In this document: positions 13,035 to 25,700 of the stretch, one piece after another
How positions within the stretch are numbered: the first letter of the stretch is position 1
Layout: each line of letters starts with the position of its first letter
Source of the DNA: Eledone cirrhosa
Lineage: Eukaryota
Assembly (NCBI GenBank): GCA_964016885.1
Contig: OZ024746.1
Coordinates: forward strand, 82,708,001 to 82,772,000
Length of the DNA: 64,000 nucleotides
Direction of reading: 5' to 3'
Program-made: the position numbers and the translations under genes
Notes under the pieces: generated by a model
The model's database searches: none
Seen by the model: only the letters and a program-made list of their open reading frames with translations
What the model was told of the DNA's origin: nothing

Positions 13035-13102
13035 GAAATACAGCTGTACCTTTTCTACTAATATATAGTTTACCTTTTTCCGTTCCTCTTCGGAAAACCA
13101 AA

Positions 13103-13152
<50 letters not shown>

Positions 13153-13315
13153 TTATTATTATTAAGATTTAGTTCATGCATAGCTGTATACAGATATGTA
13201 TTAGAATTTCGTATTTCTAAACAAATACGGTATGTTTACAGGTAAACATTTAGAAAGCCGTAGCTATACAAAACACCGGGGCTAACGCCCTCTGGTGGTA
13301 TCCAACAGAAACAAG

Positions 13316-13372
13316 GGGGACAATCTTCGATACATTTCGAACTTAACTGGCTCTCATCAGGACAACCCCCCC
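13316..13372 (-). ncRNA. Degenerate minimal type I hammerhead ribozyme motif
   Basis: Minus: ttgtc-CTGATGA-gagc-cagttaa-gttc-GAAA-tgt-ATC-gaaga, with outer ggggg/ccccc pairing. Confidence 0.55.
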
Positions 13373-13597
13373 ACTATATATTCATTTTATTAAGGCTAAA
13401 TAATGAGTCTCGTTACTCTGGAATTTCCCCCTGTTTATCACATATAGGACTGTACACACTCCCAACATAAAATTGTATTGAGCATCTTTGTATACAGTAA
13501 AATTCATAAGAAAGATCTTCGAGCTCTAAGGAAACTAGTTGTAACACGATTTTAAGACAGAAATTCCAATTTATTCATGCGAAACATTCACAATAAC

Positions 13598-13754
13598 AAT
13601 AATGACTTCTGATTTAGGCACAAGACCAATAAGTTTGGAGGAGGGTAAAGTCGATTAAATATCTTCCAGTGTATTACTGGTACTTTATTTTATCGACCCC
13701 GTAAGGATGAAAGGCAAAGCTAACCTCGGCGGGATTTGAACTCAGAACGTAAAG
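13598..13754 (-). mobile_element. Major SINE, long variant, head missing
   Basis: ggcacaagacc...agtcgattaaat...actggtactttattttatcgacccc...gatttgaactcag. Confidence 0.85.
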
Positions 13755-14077
13755 AAATAATAATGAAATAAACAATTTTGTTATGCCAAGATATGAAGTA
13801 AATAGTGAGGTGTCTAAAAGTAACGTAAGAAATAAAATAAAACAACCACATGGAAATAAATTTAATTACTTTCATGGCCAGATTTTACATTTACGTCATT
13901 ACTTTTGCTTCCTTCAACTTTTGTCGTCACTACCACATGAATAATCTCCACAATTTAGTGAAAATAAAAGCCCATCTGCATGCCAAAAGCTTTGTAGGCT
14001 ATATCTAAATTACTCCTTCCAGCAAATGAGTATCGTATCTGAGCTCACTGATACAGTTCTGTTATAACTGTCAATGC

Positions 14078-14290
14078 TGTGATTTAGACCCATGTTCAGT
14101 TCTAATCGAGCAGAAATAAGATTGAAGACGTTATAGCAATGACCATCCAGTTTATTATTCAAATATAGTTTCGAGGACTTCATTATGTAATGGGTTTTTC
14201 TTATTTTTAAGGCAGCGGGTTCTGATTTAAGGGTAAGTTGTTTGCTATTTGGCTGTTATTTTAAGCAGAGCGAGCGACCATGTAGAGATT
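14078..14290 (-). mobile_element. Old dispersed repeat fragment (orientation tentative)
   Basis: atcgagcag...atgaccatcc...atttggctg matches the inverse copy at 45620-45775. Confidence 0.5.
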
Positions 14291-14459
14291 TCTTTCATTG
14301 GCTCGTTATAACAAATATAATTCTTCGTGGTATCAAACATACGCCACATATGTTTATATATTGTTGATTACTGACAAGTTATAACAATGATATTTTAATA
14401 ATTTATTTCTAGGATATAATTACACACATGTTCAGCATGTATGTAGAAATGACATAGAG

Positions 14460-14805
14460 CAGGAGCGTGCAACAGGCGGCCGCGGGCCATAACCCGACCC
14501 GCCAGACCAGTCAGAGTGGCCCGCGATGACCGTTTTTAATTTTTACCTTGTAGGCGTATTTAGAATTTTTTTTTGTAACCGTAATACAATTTTCTGTTAG
14601 TTGACCTATGCCAAACACCAAGTCTCACATTAATAAAACTAAATTATATTTTATTTGACTTTATTATTTAAAAATATATTCACAAAATATTTACAACTCA
14701 ATTCACTGGTTTTCATTAGATTACATATTTTTGACAGTGACTGGCCCTAATAGTTGTTCCAATGTTCAAAAGTGGCCCGCCAATGGAATATGTTGCACAC
14801 CCCTG
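14460..14805. mobile_element. hAT-type MITE (346 bp)
   Basis: TIRs caggagcgtgcaaca / tgttgcacacccctg, subterminal ggcccgc motifs, 8-bp TSD acatagag/acataaac (6 of 8 match). Confidence 0.8.
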
Positions 14806-14999
14806 ACATAAACGATTAAATGTATGAGTAACTTTGGAGAAATAACTATTTACTAGGACAAGTGTGAATTGAAGGCGAACTTCTTATTGTAGCAACATGG
14901 CTGATAGAGGGAATGTATTGTGTTTATATTTGTGTGTAAATTTTAAAGAGTTATTGACGGAATATAAATATACAAACGTACGTAACACATTATTATGGT

Positions 15000-15370
15000 T
15001 GATTTCTGTAACTTGATAAATACATTTCTGCTACCTTGATAAATACATTTCTCTACTCTTCATAAGCACATTTTTGTTCTCTTGTTAAATAAATTGCTGC
15101 TTCCTTGATATTTGCATTTCTATTTCTTTAATAAATACATTCCTGTTTCCTTGATAATTTCTTTTTTTTTGGTAAATAAATTTCTCTTCTTTTGATAAAT
15201 ATATATCTGCTTCCTTGCTAGATTTCAGTTCAATTTATAAATACAATCCTATTCTCATGGTAAATATATTTCTGCTCCCTTGATGAGTACATTTCTGTTC
15301 ATATGATAAACTTGATTTCCGTTTCCATGCATCTTTGTCCTCTTGATAAATACAATCCTATTCTCTTCAC
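15000..15370. repeat. Diverged ~22-bp minisatellite
   Basis: Consensus near cttgataaatacatttctgcttc. Confidence 0.75.
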
Positions 15371-15418
15371 AAATCAAATCCTCCCTACAATACCTGTGGT
15401 CTTGTGCCTATGTTAGAA

Positions 15419-15510
15419 ATAATGGTTTCTACTTTTGGCACAAGGCCAGCAATTACCCAGTGCATTACTGGTACTTTATTTTATCGACCCTGTAAGGATG
15501 GAAGGCAAAG
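15419..15510 (-). mobile_element. Major SINE 3' fragment truncated by the adjacent G/C-run array
   Basis: Ends abruptly at ggaaggcaaag. Confidence 0.8.
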
Positions 15511-16425
15511 AAATCCGTTTTTTTTATTTGGGGGGGATCCGTTTTGTATTTGGGGGTCCGTTTTTTATTTGGGGGGGGGGGGGATCCGTTTTTTATTTGG
15601 CGATCCGTTTTTTAAATAAACGGACCCCCAAATAAAAAACGGGCCCCCCCCCAAATAAAAAAACGGATCCCAAAATAAAAAACGACGCCCCCCAAATAAA
15701 AAAACGGACCACCAAATAAAAAACGGGCACCCTAAATAAAAAACGGATCCCCAAATAAAAAAATGCCCCCCCCCCAATAAAAAACGGACCCCCAAATAAA
15801 AAACGCCCCCCTCCAATAAAAAACGGACCCCCCAAATAAAAAACGGATCCCCAAATAAAAAACGCCCCCCCCCCAATAAAAAACGGACCCCCAAATAAAA
15901 AACGCCCCCCTCCAATAAAAAACGGACCCCCCAAATAAAAAACGGATCCCCAAATAAAAAACGCCCCCCCCCCAATAAAAAACGGATCCCCAAATAAAAA
16001 ACGGGCCTCCCCCAAATAAAAAACGAACTCCAAATAAAAAAACGGACCCCCAAATAAAAAACGGATTCCCAAATAAGAAACGGGCTCCCCAAAATAAACG
16101 GACCCCAAATAAAAAACGGTCCCGCCAAATAAAAATTTATTTGGGGGGACCGTTTTTTATTTGGGGATCCGTTTTTTATTTGGGAGGCCCGTTTTTTTAT
16201 TTGGGGGTCGGTTTTTTATTTGGCGGGGATCCGTTTTTTTATTTGGGGTCCGTTTTTTATTTGGGGTTGGGGGGGTGGGGGTTATGGGTGTCCGTATTTT
16301 ATTTGGGGTGGCACGTTTTTTTAATGTGGGGTGGGTGGGGGGGGGGCTTTACATACCAAATAAAATACGGACAACTCCCTCAAATAAAAAACGGACGCCC
16401 CAAATAAAAAGCAGACCCCCTCCCC
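15511..16425. repeat. ~20-bp G-run minisatellite with three orientation switches
   Basis: ccgttttttatttgggg blocks (15511-15612, 16136-16345) alternate with ccccaaataaaaaacgg blocks (15613-16135, 16356-16425). Confidence 0.9.
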
Positions 16426-16552
16426 CGCAAGTATTATGTGAATGAAAGAGTAATTCTATTGATTAATATTGGTCGTTGTATCGCATGAATAGCTTACACT
16501 TGCGTTTCAAATAGACTGTTTAATTAGTAGCTTTAAGTGTTAAAAACTAGGC

Positions 16553-17180
16553 TGGAGGTGGTAGTAGTGGTGGTGGCGGAGAACGCTTGGTGCTGATGCT
16601 CGGTGTTGGTGGAGGTGCTGGCGGGGAAGGCTAGGTGCTGGTGGTCTTTGGTTGTGGTTGGTGGTGTGGTGGTGGTGGTGAGGGTAGTGTTGATACTGGT
16701 CTTGGTGTTGCTGGTGTTGGTAGAAGTTGTGATGGTGCTGATAGTGGTGTTGGTGTTGGTGGTGTTGTTGGTGTTGGTTGTGGTGGTGTTGGTGGTGTTG
16801 GTGGTATTGGTGGTGTTGGTGGTGTTGGTGTTGGTGATGTTGGTGGTGTTGGTGGTGATGGTGGTGTTGGTGTTGGTGGTGTTGTTGGTGGTGTTGGTTG
16901 TGTTGGTGTTGGTGGTGTTGGTGTTGGTGGTGTTGTTGGTGTTGATGGTGTTGGTTGTGTTGGTGTTGGTGGTGATGGTGGTGTTGGTGTTGGTGGTGTT
17001 GGTGATGGTGGTGTTGGTGGTGTTGGTGTTGGTGGTGATGGTGGTGTTGGTGGTGTTGGTGTTGCTGGTGTTGGTGGTGTTGGTGGTGTTGGTTGTGTTG
17101 GTGTTGGTGATGTTGGTGGTGATGGTGTTGGTGTTGGTGATGTTGGTGGTGTTGGTGATGTTGGTGATGTTGGTGGTGGA
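16553..17180. repeat. (GGT/TGT)n complex trinucleotide repeat
   Basis: Direct reading; open in four frames. Confidence 0.9.
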
Positions 17181-17302
17181 TATGAAAACGCAATTAATTA
17201 TCAATACATACATTGCGTTCAATGGTTAGTTCTCTCTTCGATCTCTTCCACACGTATCTACTTTGATCTCCTCAGCTCTCTATCTCTCTGACTATCACCC
17301 TG

Positions 17303-17377
<75 letters not shown>

Positions 17378-17662
17378 TCTCCCCGCTCTCTCCCTGATTC
17401 ACTCTCAGTTCATGTCTCAGTTCATAACACATAGCACGCACACACATATACACACATATAACACATGCACACATAGCACACATACGCATACACATACAGT
17501 ATATAACACATACGCGCACGCCCGCATTACACGCCTATATATAAACAGATACGCATAGAAGTATAAGTGTACATACAAACATACATACACAGATGTATGT
17601 ATGAATTCATAAAGGCATATACAGTATATTTATAATTGTATCTATCTATCTATATTTATATA

Positions 17663-17701
17663 GTCCCCTTTTCTTGTGCGCCCTTGTGGCTAATAAAGAA
17701 A
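17663..17701 (+). mobile_element. 39-bp retroelement-like 3' end with AATAAA
   Basis: gtccccttttcttgtgcgcccttgtggctaataaagaaa, identical to the ends of the two copies at 37205-37454. Confidence 0.6.
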
Positions 17702-17731
17702 TATATATTTATATATATATATGAATGTCTC

Positions 17732-17806
<75 letters not shown>

Positions 17807-18251
17807 GTCAGTATATACCTATCTGTATATTTATCTGTCTGTCTCTCTCTATATATATATACACACACATGCATGTATACATATACATATATACAAACAT
17901 GCATACATGCACATATACACATATACATATATACATACACAAATATATATATACCTACATACAAATATAGATAGATAGATACATACATATATACATATAC
18001 ATAATACACACATATACATAAGTACATACATACTTATATACATACATACATACATACAAATATAGATAGATACATACATACATATATACATATACATAAT
18101 ACACACATACATAAATACATATACATAATACACACATACATAAATACATACATACTTATATACATACATACATACATACAAATATAGATAGATAGATACA
18201 TATATATATATATACAGTTGAAAATTGCAAAATCGACTGTCACCACATATC

Positions 18252-18292
18252 ATGAACCTGAAGATTGCGAAAGCATGAAAGTACTTGTTCAT
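18252..18292 (+). ncRNA. Minimal type I hammerhead ribozyme motif
   Basis: atgaac-CTGAAGA-ttgc-gaaa-gcat-GAAA-gta-CTT-gttcat: 6-bp stem I, GAAA-capped stem II, palindromic agtact stem III; 10.1-11.1 pair mismatched. Confidence 0.7.
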
Positions 18293-18550
18293 TATAATAC
18301 CATATTATATATATTTTAAAGGATTGTAAATAAAACGAGTAAATCAGACAAAGTTGAAATTCCTCTTATTAATATAATCTTCTATACACAATCATACACA
18401 CCCGTGTATATTTACCTATCTATATCTATATATATATATATATACATATACATAATACACATACATAAATACATAGATACTTATATACATACATACAGTC
18501 ATATATACATAAATACATACATACATTCATATATACATAAATACATACAT

Positions 18551-19038
18551 GATGATGGCTGCCTCCTCGTTATCGAGTATGGCTATTGCACGATATACCA
18601 TTATTAATAATTATTAATTAATTCTATCGTGCAATGCCTGTACGTTTTTTAAAGTGAGGAAAGACTGTGCACTGAGCCAATCCCACTCTCTGAGCGACAG
18701 TAGCTATAACCCGAAAAGAAGAAAAGATCAACATCGTCGATATAAAACCTGCGGCTCAGTAGTTACGTACATACATACATGGTGGCTGCCAACTCGTTTT
18801 CGAGTACGGTCACTACTTTATATCCATGTAGGAGAACCCCCACCGATGCGCTGAACGAGTGAGGCTTCTTAGTCCAGCCAGCGACTTGAAAACTCTGGTA
18901 CAAACACTACACTTGTGACAATTATTGACACATAGTGCTGGGCCCATGGTACCATGTGACGACAAGTGCAGAGAGATCTCCAGATATAAAGCAATGCCTG
19001 TGCCGTGAAGCTTTTATAGTGAGCAAAGGCACTGCACA
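18551..19038 (-). mobile_element. Two tandem fragments of the 8696-9178 retroposon family
   Basis: Reverse-complement matches to 8905-9040 and 8993-9163; second copy has ~80 bp more internal sequence. Confidence 0.7.
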
Positions 19039-19072
19039 AATGTATATATGTATATATACATACATACATACA

Positions 19073-19104
<32 letters not shown>

Positions 19105-19442
19105 GACACATATACATACAACTATAGCCACATATACATACACAGGGAGAAGCTGGTAATTAGTTGTTTAGGCTTAATGAATGGCTCACCATGTGTGTCT
19201 TAATTTATTTCTCTTTTATTCTGAACACCAATCTAAAATATTGTTTTAACTTGTTGGCCTTCTTAACCTATTTATAATGCAGGCTTACTCTTCCCACATA
19301 CACAGAGACACTGACGTGGTCATATATATTCATACACATACGTATATATATATATATATGCATATATATGTGTGTATATATATATATATAAATATATATG
19401 TATACATATATACGTGTGTGTATGAATGTATATGACAAGATA

Positions 19443-19487
<45 letters not shown>

Positions 19488-19734
19488 ATATATACACATA
19501 TGCATGTATATATACATATATATATATACATACATACACACATACATGCACACACATATATATATTCATATGTGTATATATTACGTATCTACATTTATAT
19601 GCACTGTGAGACCCATAAGCCGGACTAGTTGTAACATTGTATCAATGTTTTTAATTCGGCATTTCTTACGGGTGAACTATTGTACATCAGTATGCGTTAT
19701 TAATACTCACACACACACACACATACATACACAC

Positions 19735-19771
<37 letters not shown>

Positions 19772-19957
19772 CATATTTATATTTTATTTCATATATATAA
19801 ATATATATATATTTCATATATATATATATACATATATATATATTTCATATATATATATACATATATATATATTTCATATATATATTTCATATATATATAT
19901 ATATATACACACGCACATATATATATATATATATATATATATGTATAATATAATAAT

Positions 19958-20148
19958 TGTTTCTACTTTTGGCACAAGGCCAGCAATTACCCAGTGTATT
20001 ACTGGTACTTTATTTTATCGACCCCGTAAGGATGAACGGTAAAGTTAACCTCGGCGGGATTTGAACTCAGAATGGCAAGGGCCGTAACTCTATGCGTCAA
20101 GGCATGGCGTCCGAGCCCTTACCGATACTGCCAACCAATCCACCGCCC
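19958..20148 (-). mobile_element. Major SINE, full length, with TSD
   Basis: tatgtataatataataat duplicated at 19940 and 20149. Confidence 0.92.
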
Positions 20149-20755
20149 TATGTATAATATAATAATATAATACAATATAACACACACATATATACATATA
20201 TATATGCATATATATGTTTGTATATTTGGATATGTGTGCATGTGTGTGTGTGCATGTGTGTGTGTGTTCTTACACACACACACATGCACACACATTTATG
20301 ATATTGGCTTGATTGCTTGTCAAATTGTAAGCTTGTGAGAAGAGGTTTCGATCATCGATGAAAGCGATCAGACAGACACATCTGCTGGTAGATAACTAAC
20401 TAGCTAATCCGATGATGTCAGTCGGATGTAAATTAATCTCGGTAAATGTTTAATGAATTGCTTTCATAGAGACGTGGCCATCCGTAGGAAGTTGTTATGG
20501 GAATTCAATGGCGACGACCTCTAAATTGTTCATCCTGCCATTGTATTCAGTAAGTCAATTAGGCAAGTTAGGAGCCGTCTTGTAATGTTGTTTATTATGA
20601 ATGGAGTTAACTAGACTGAGTGGGAGATTGAGAAGGAATGAAGAGAGAAAGAGAGGGAGGAGGAGAGAGAGGGGGAGGAAGGAGAAATAGAGTAAGGGAG
20701 GGAGAGAGAGAGGGACAGAAAGGGGGTGAGAAGGAGAGAGAAAAGTGGAAAGAGA

Positions 20756-20794
<39 letters not shown>

Positions 20795-20893
20795 TAAGAG
20801 GAGGGTAATGTGAGATTAATAAGTAAAAGTAGAAGGCACGGACGTATGTGTGTACGTGTGTGTATGTATGTGAGTATGTATGTATGTATGTAC

Positions 20894-20956
<63 letters not shown>

Positions 20957-21070
20957 CGTGTGTGTGTGTGAGTGTGTGAACAAAGAAGGTGAGGGTGCTA
21001 GAGAGGTATATGGAAGGTGAAGGTATGTTAAAAGACGGCATTGCGATAGATTGAAAGAGTGAGAAGAAAT

Positions 21071-21117
<47 letters not shown>

Positions 21118-21140
21118 TTAACATATATAAATATATAAAT

Positions 21141-21189
<49 letters not shown>

Positions 21190-21364
21190 AATATATATAT
21201 ATATTGGAATAAATGCTCTGAAATAGCGATATATATGTGAATATAGACATAGAATATTCGAAAATATTCTGTATGTTTACAATAAACATTTTGAAGACCT
21301 AATCGCTATAGAATAGAATACGTCACGTATTACAATTAGATTCTCGATAAAAGCAAGGGAAGTA

Positions 21365-21403
21365 AGTCTACGCGTTTCATTCTTGTTAGAATTCATCAGG
21401 ACT
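21365..21403 (-). ncRNA. Minimal type I hammerhead ribozyme (first of 4 minus copies: 21365, 21676, 21987, 22298)
   Basis: Exact reverse complement of 22698-22736. Confidence 0.88.
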
Positions 21404-22697
21404 ACATATCCAGTGCTTTTATCGAGAATGACACAGCTAGAGACTTATAGAATACTTAGCTGTGTACAGGAACTGGTTTGAAAGAGCGGTTGCCGGTCCG
21501 GCAGAAATTAGAAATTGGAATAAATGCTCTGAAATAGCGATATATATGTGAATATAGACATAGAATATTCGAAAATATTCTGTATGTTTACAATAAACAT
21601 TTTGAAGACCTAATCGCTATAGAATAGAATACGTCACGTATTACAATTAGATTCTCGATAAAAGCAAGGGAAGTAAGTCTACGCGTTTCATTCTTGTTAG
21701 AATTCATCAGGACTACATATCCAGTGCTTTTATCGAGAATGACACAGCTAGAGACTTATAGAATACTTAGCTGTGTACAGGAACTGGTTTGAAAGAGCGG
21801 TTGCCGGTCCGGCAGAAATTAGAAATTGGAATAAATGCTCTGAAATAGCGATATATATGTGAATATAGACATAGAATATTCGAAAATATTCTGTATGTTT
21901 ACAATAAACATTTTGAAGACCTAATCGCTATAGAATAGAATACGTCACGTATTACAATTAGATTCTCGATAAAAGCAAGGGAAGTAAGTCTACGCGTTTC
22001 ATTCTTGTTAGAATTCATCAGGACTACATATCCAGTGCTTTTATCGAGAATGACACAGCTAGAGACTTATAGAATACTTAGCTGTGTACAGGAACTGGTT
22101 TGAAAGAGCGGTTGCCGGTCCGGCAGAAATTAGAAATTGGAATAAATGCTCTGAAATAGCGATATATATGTGAATATAGACATAGAATATTCGAAAATAT
22201 TCTGTATGTTTACAATAAACATTTTGAAGACCTAATCGCTATAGAATAGAATACGTCACGTATTACAATTAGATTCTCGATAAAAGCAAGGGAAGTAAGT
22301 CTACGCGTTTCATTCTTGTTAGAATTCATCAGGACTACATATCCAGTGCTTTTATCGAGAATGACACAGCTAGAGACTTATAGAATACTTAGCTGTGTAC
22401 AGGAACTGGTTTGAAAGAGCGGTTGCCGGTCCGGCAGAAATTAGAAATTAGAAATTGTAATACGTGACGTATTCTATTCTATAGCGATTAGGTCTTCAAA
22501 ATGTTTATTGTAAACATACAGAATATTTTCGAATATTCTATGTCTATATTCACATATATATCGCTATTTCAGAGCATTTATTCCAATTTCTAATTTCTGC
22601 CGGACCGGCAACCGCTCTTTCAAACCAGTTCCTGTACACAGCTAAGTATTCTATAAGTCTCTAGCTGTGTCATTCTCGATAAAAGCACTGGATATGT

Positions 22698-22736
22698 AGT
22701 CCTGATGAATTCTAACAAGAATGAAACGCGTAGACT
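22698..22736 (+). ncRNA. Minimal type I hammerhead ribozyme (first of 16 plus copies, every 311 bp to 27363)
   Basis: agtc/gact stem I, CTGATGA core, attct-aaca-agaat stem II, GAAA, palindromic acgcgt stem III, GTA triplet (cleavage predicted after 22732); distal 16-bp stem 22672-22687/22746-22761. Confidence 0.9.
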
Positions 22737-25700
22737 TACTTCCCTTGCTTTTATCGAGAATCTAATTGTAATACGTGACGTATTCTATTCTATAGCGATT
22801 AGGTCTTCAAAATGTTTATTGTAAACATACAGAATATTTTCGAATATTCTATGTCTATATTCACATATATATCGCTATTTCAGAGCATTTATTCCAATTT
22901 CTAATTTCTGCCGGACCGGCAACCGCTCTTTCAAACCAGTTCCTGTACACAGCTAAGTATTCTATAAGTCTCTAGCTGTGTCATTCTCGATAAAAGCACT
23001 GGATATGTAGTCCTGATGAATTCTAACAAGAATGAAACGCGTAGACTTACTTCCCTTGCTTTTATCGAGAATCTAATTGTAATACGTGACGTATTCTATT
23101 CTATAGCGATTAGGTCTTCAAAATGTTTATTGTAAACATACAGAATATTTTCGAATATTCTATGTCTATATTCACATATATATCGCTATTTCAGAGCATT
23201 TATTCCAATTTCTAATTTCTGCCGGACCGGCAACCGCTCTTTCAAACCAGTTCCTGTACACAGCTAAGTATTCTATAAGTCTCTAGCTGTGTCATTCTCG
23301 ATAAAAGCACTGGATATGTAGTCCTGATGAATTCTAACAAGAATGAAACGCGTAGACTTACTTCCCTTGCTTTTATCGAGAATCTAATTGTAATACGTGA
23401 CGTATTCTATTCTATAGCGATTAGGTCTTCAAAATGTTTATTGTAAACATACAGAATATTTTCGAATATTCTATGTCTATATTCACATATATATCGCTAT
23501 TTCAGAGCATTTATTCCAATTTCTAATTTCTGCCGGACCGGCAACCGCTCTTTCAAACCAGTTCCTGTACACAGCTAAGTATTCTATAAGTCTCTAGCTG
23601 TGTCATTCTCGATAAAAGCACTGGATATGTAGTCCTGATGAATTCTAACAAGAATGAAACGCGTAGACTTACTTCCCTTGCTTTTATCGAGAATCTAATT
23701 GTAATACGTGACGTATTCTATTCTATAGCGATTAGGTCTTCAAAATGTTTATTGTAAACATACAGAATATTTTCGAATATTCTATGTCTATATTCACATA
23801 TATATCGCTATTTCAGAGCATTTATTCCAATTTCTAATTTCTGCCGGACCGGCAACCGCTCTTTCAAACCAGTTCCTGTACACAGCTAAGTATTCTATAA
23901 GTCTCTAGCTGTGTCATTCTCGATAAAAGCACTGGATATGTAGTCCTGATGAATTCTAACAAGAATGAAACGCGTAGACTTACTTCCCTTGCTTTTATCG
24001 AGAATCTAATTGTAATACGTGACGTATTCTATTCTATAGCGATTAGGTCTTCAAAATGTTTATTGTAAACATACAGAATATTTTCGAATATTCTATGTCT
24101 ATATTCACATATATATCGCTATTTCAGAGCATTTATTCCAATTTCTAATTTCTGCCGGACCGGCAACCGCTCTTTCAAACCAGTTCCTGTACACAGCTAA
24201 GTATTCTATAAGTCTCTAGCTGTGTCATTCTCGATAAAAGCACTGGATATGTAGTCCTGATGAATTCTAACAAGAATGAAACGCGTAGACTTACTTCCCT
24301 TGCTTTTATCGAGAATCTAATTGTAATACGTGACGTATTCTATTCTATAGCGATTAGGTCTTCAAAATGTTTATTGTAAACATACAGAATATTTTCGAAT
24401 ATTCTATGTCTATATTCACATATATATCGCTATTTCAGAGCATTTATTCCAATTTCTAATTTCTGCCGGACCGGCAACCGCTCTTTCAAACCAGTTCCTG
24501 TACACAGCTAAGTATTCTATAAGTCTCTAGCTGTGTCATTCTCGATAAAAGCACTGGATATGTAGTCCTGATGAATTCTAACAAGAATGAAACGCGTAGA
24601 CTTACTTCCCTTGCTTTTATCGAGAATCTAATTGTAATACGTGACGTATTCTATTCTATAGCGATTAGGTCTTCAAAATGTTTATTGTAAACATACAGAA
24701 TATTTTCGAATATTCTATGTCTATATTCACATATATATCGCTATTTCAGAGCATTTATTCCAATTTCTAATTTCTGCCGGACCGGCAACCGCTCTTTCAA
24801 ACCAGTTCCTGTACACAGCTAAGTATTCTATAAGTCTCTAGCTGTGTCATTCTCGATAAAAGCACTGGATATGTAGTCCTGATGAATTCTAACAAGAATG
24901 AAACGCGTAGACTTACTTCCCTTGCTTTTATCGAGAATCTAATTGTAATACGTGACGTATTCTATTCTATAGCGATTAGGTCTTCAAAATGTTTATTGTA
25001 AACATACAGAATATTTTCGAATATTCTATGTCTATATTCACATATATATCGCTATTTCAGAGCATTTATTCCAATTTCTAATTTCTGCCGGACCGGCAAC
25101 CGCTCTTTCAAACCAGTTCCTGTACACAGCTAAGTATTCTATAAGTCTCTAGCTGTGTCATTCTCGATAAAAGCACTGGATATGTAGTCCTGATGAATTC
25201 TAACAAGAATGAAACGCGTAGACTTACTTCCCTTGCTTTTATCGAGAATCTAATTGTAATACGTGACGTATTCTATTCTATAGCGATTAGGTCTTCAAAA
25301 TGTTTATTGTAAACATACAGAATATTTTCGAATATTCTATGTCTATATTCACATATATATCGCTATTTCAGAGCATTTATTCCAATTTCTAATTTCTGCC
25401 GGACCGGCAACCGCTCTTTCAAACCAGTTCCTGTACACAGCTAAGTATTCTATAAGTCTCTAGCTGTGTCATTCTCGATAAAAGCACTGGATATGTAGTC
25501 CTGATGAATTCTAACAAGAATGAAACGCGTAGACTTACTTCCCTTGCTTTTATCGAGAATCTAATTGTAATACGTGACGTATTCTATTCTATAGCGATTA
25601 GGTCTTCAAAATGTTTATTGTAAACATACAGAATATTTTCGAATATTCTATGTCTATATTCACATATATATCGCTATTTCAGAGCATTTATTCCAATTTC

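Noticed and set aside
19601-19640. Decayed hammerhead (ctgtga...actagttgtaaca, also gaaactagttgtaaca at ~13531)
   Set aside because: Core too degenerate to call by eye, though the shared 13-mer may mark another decayed family
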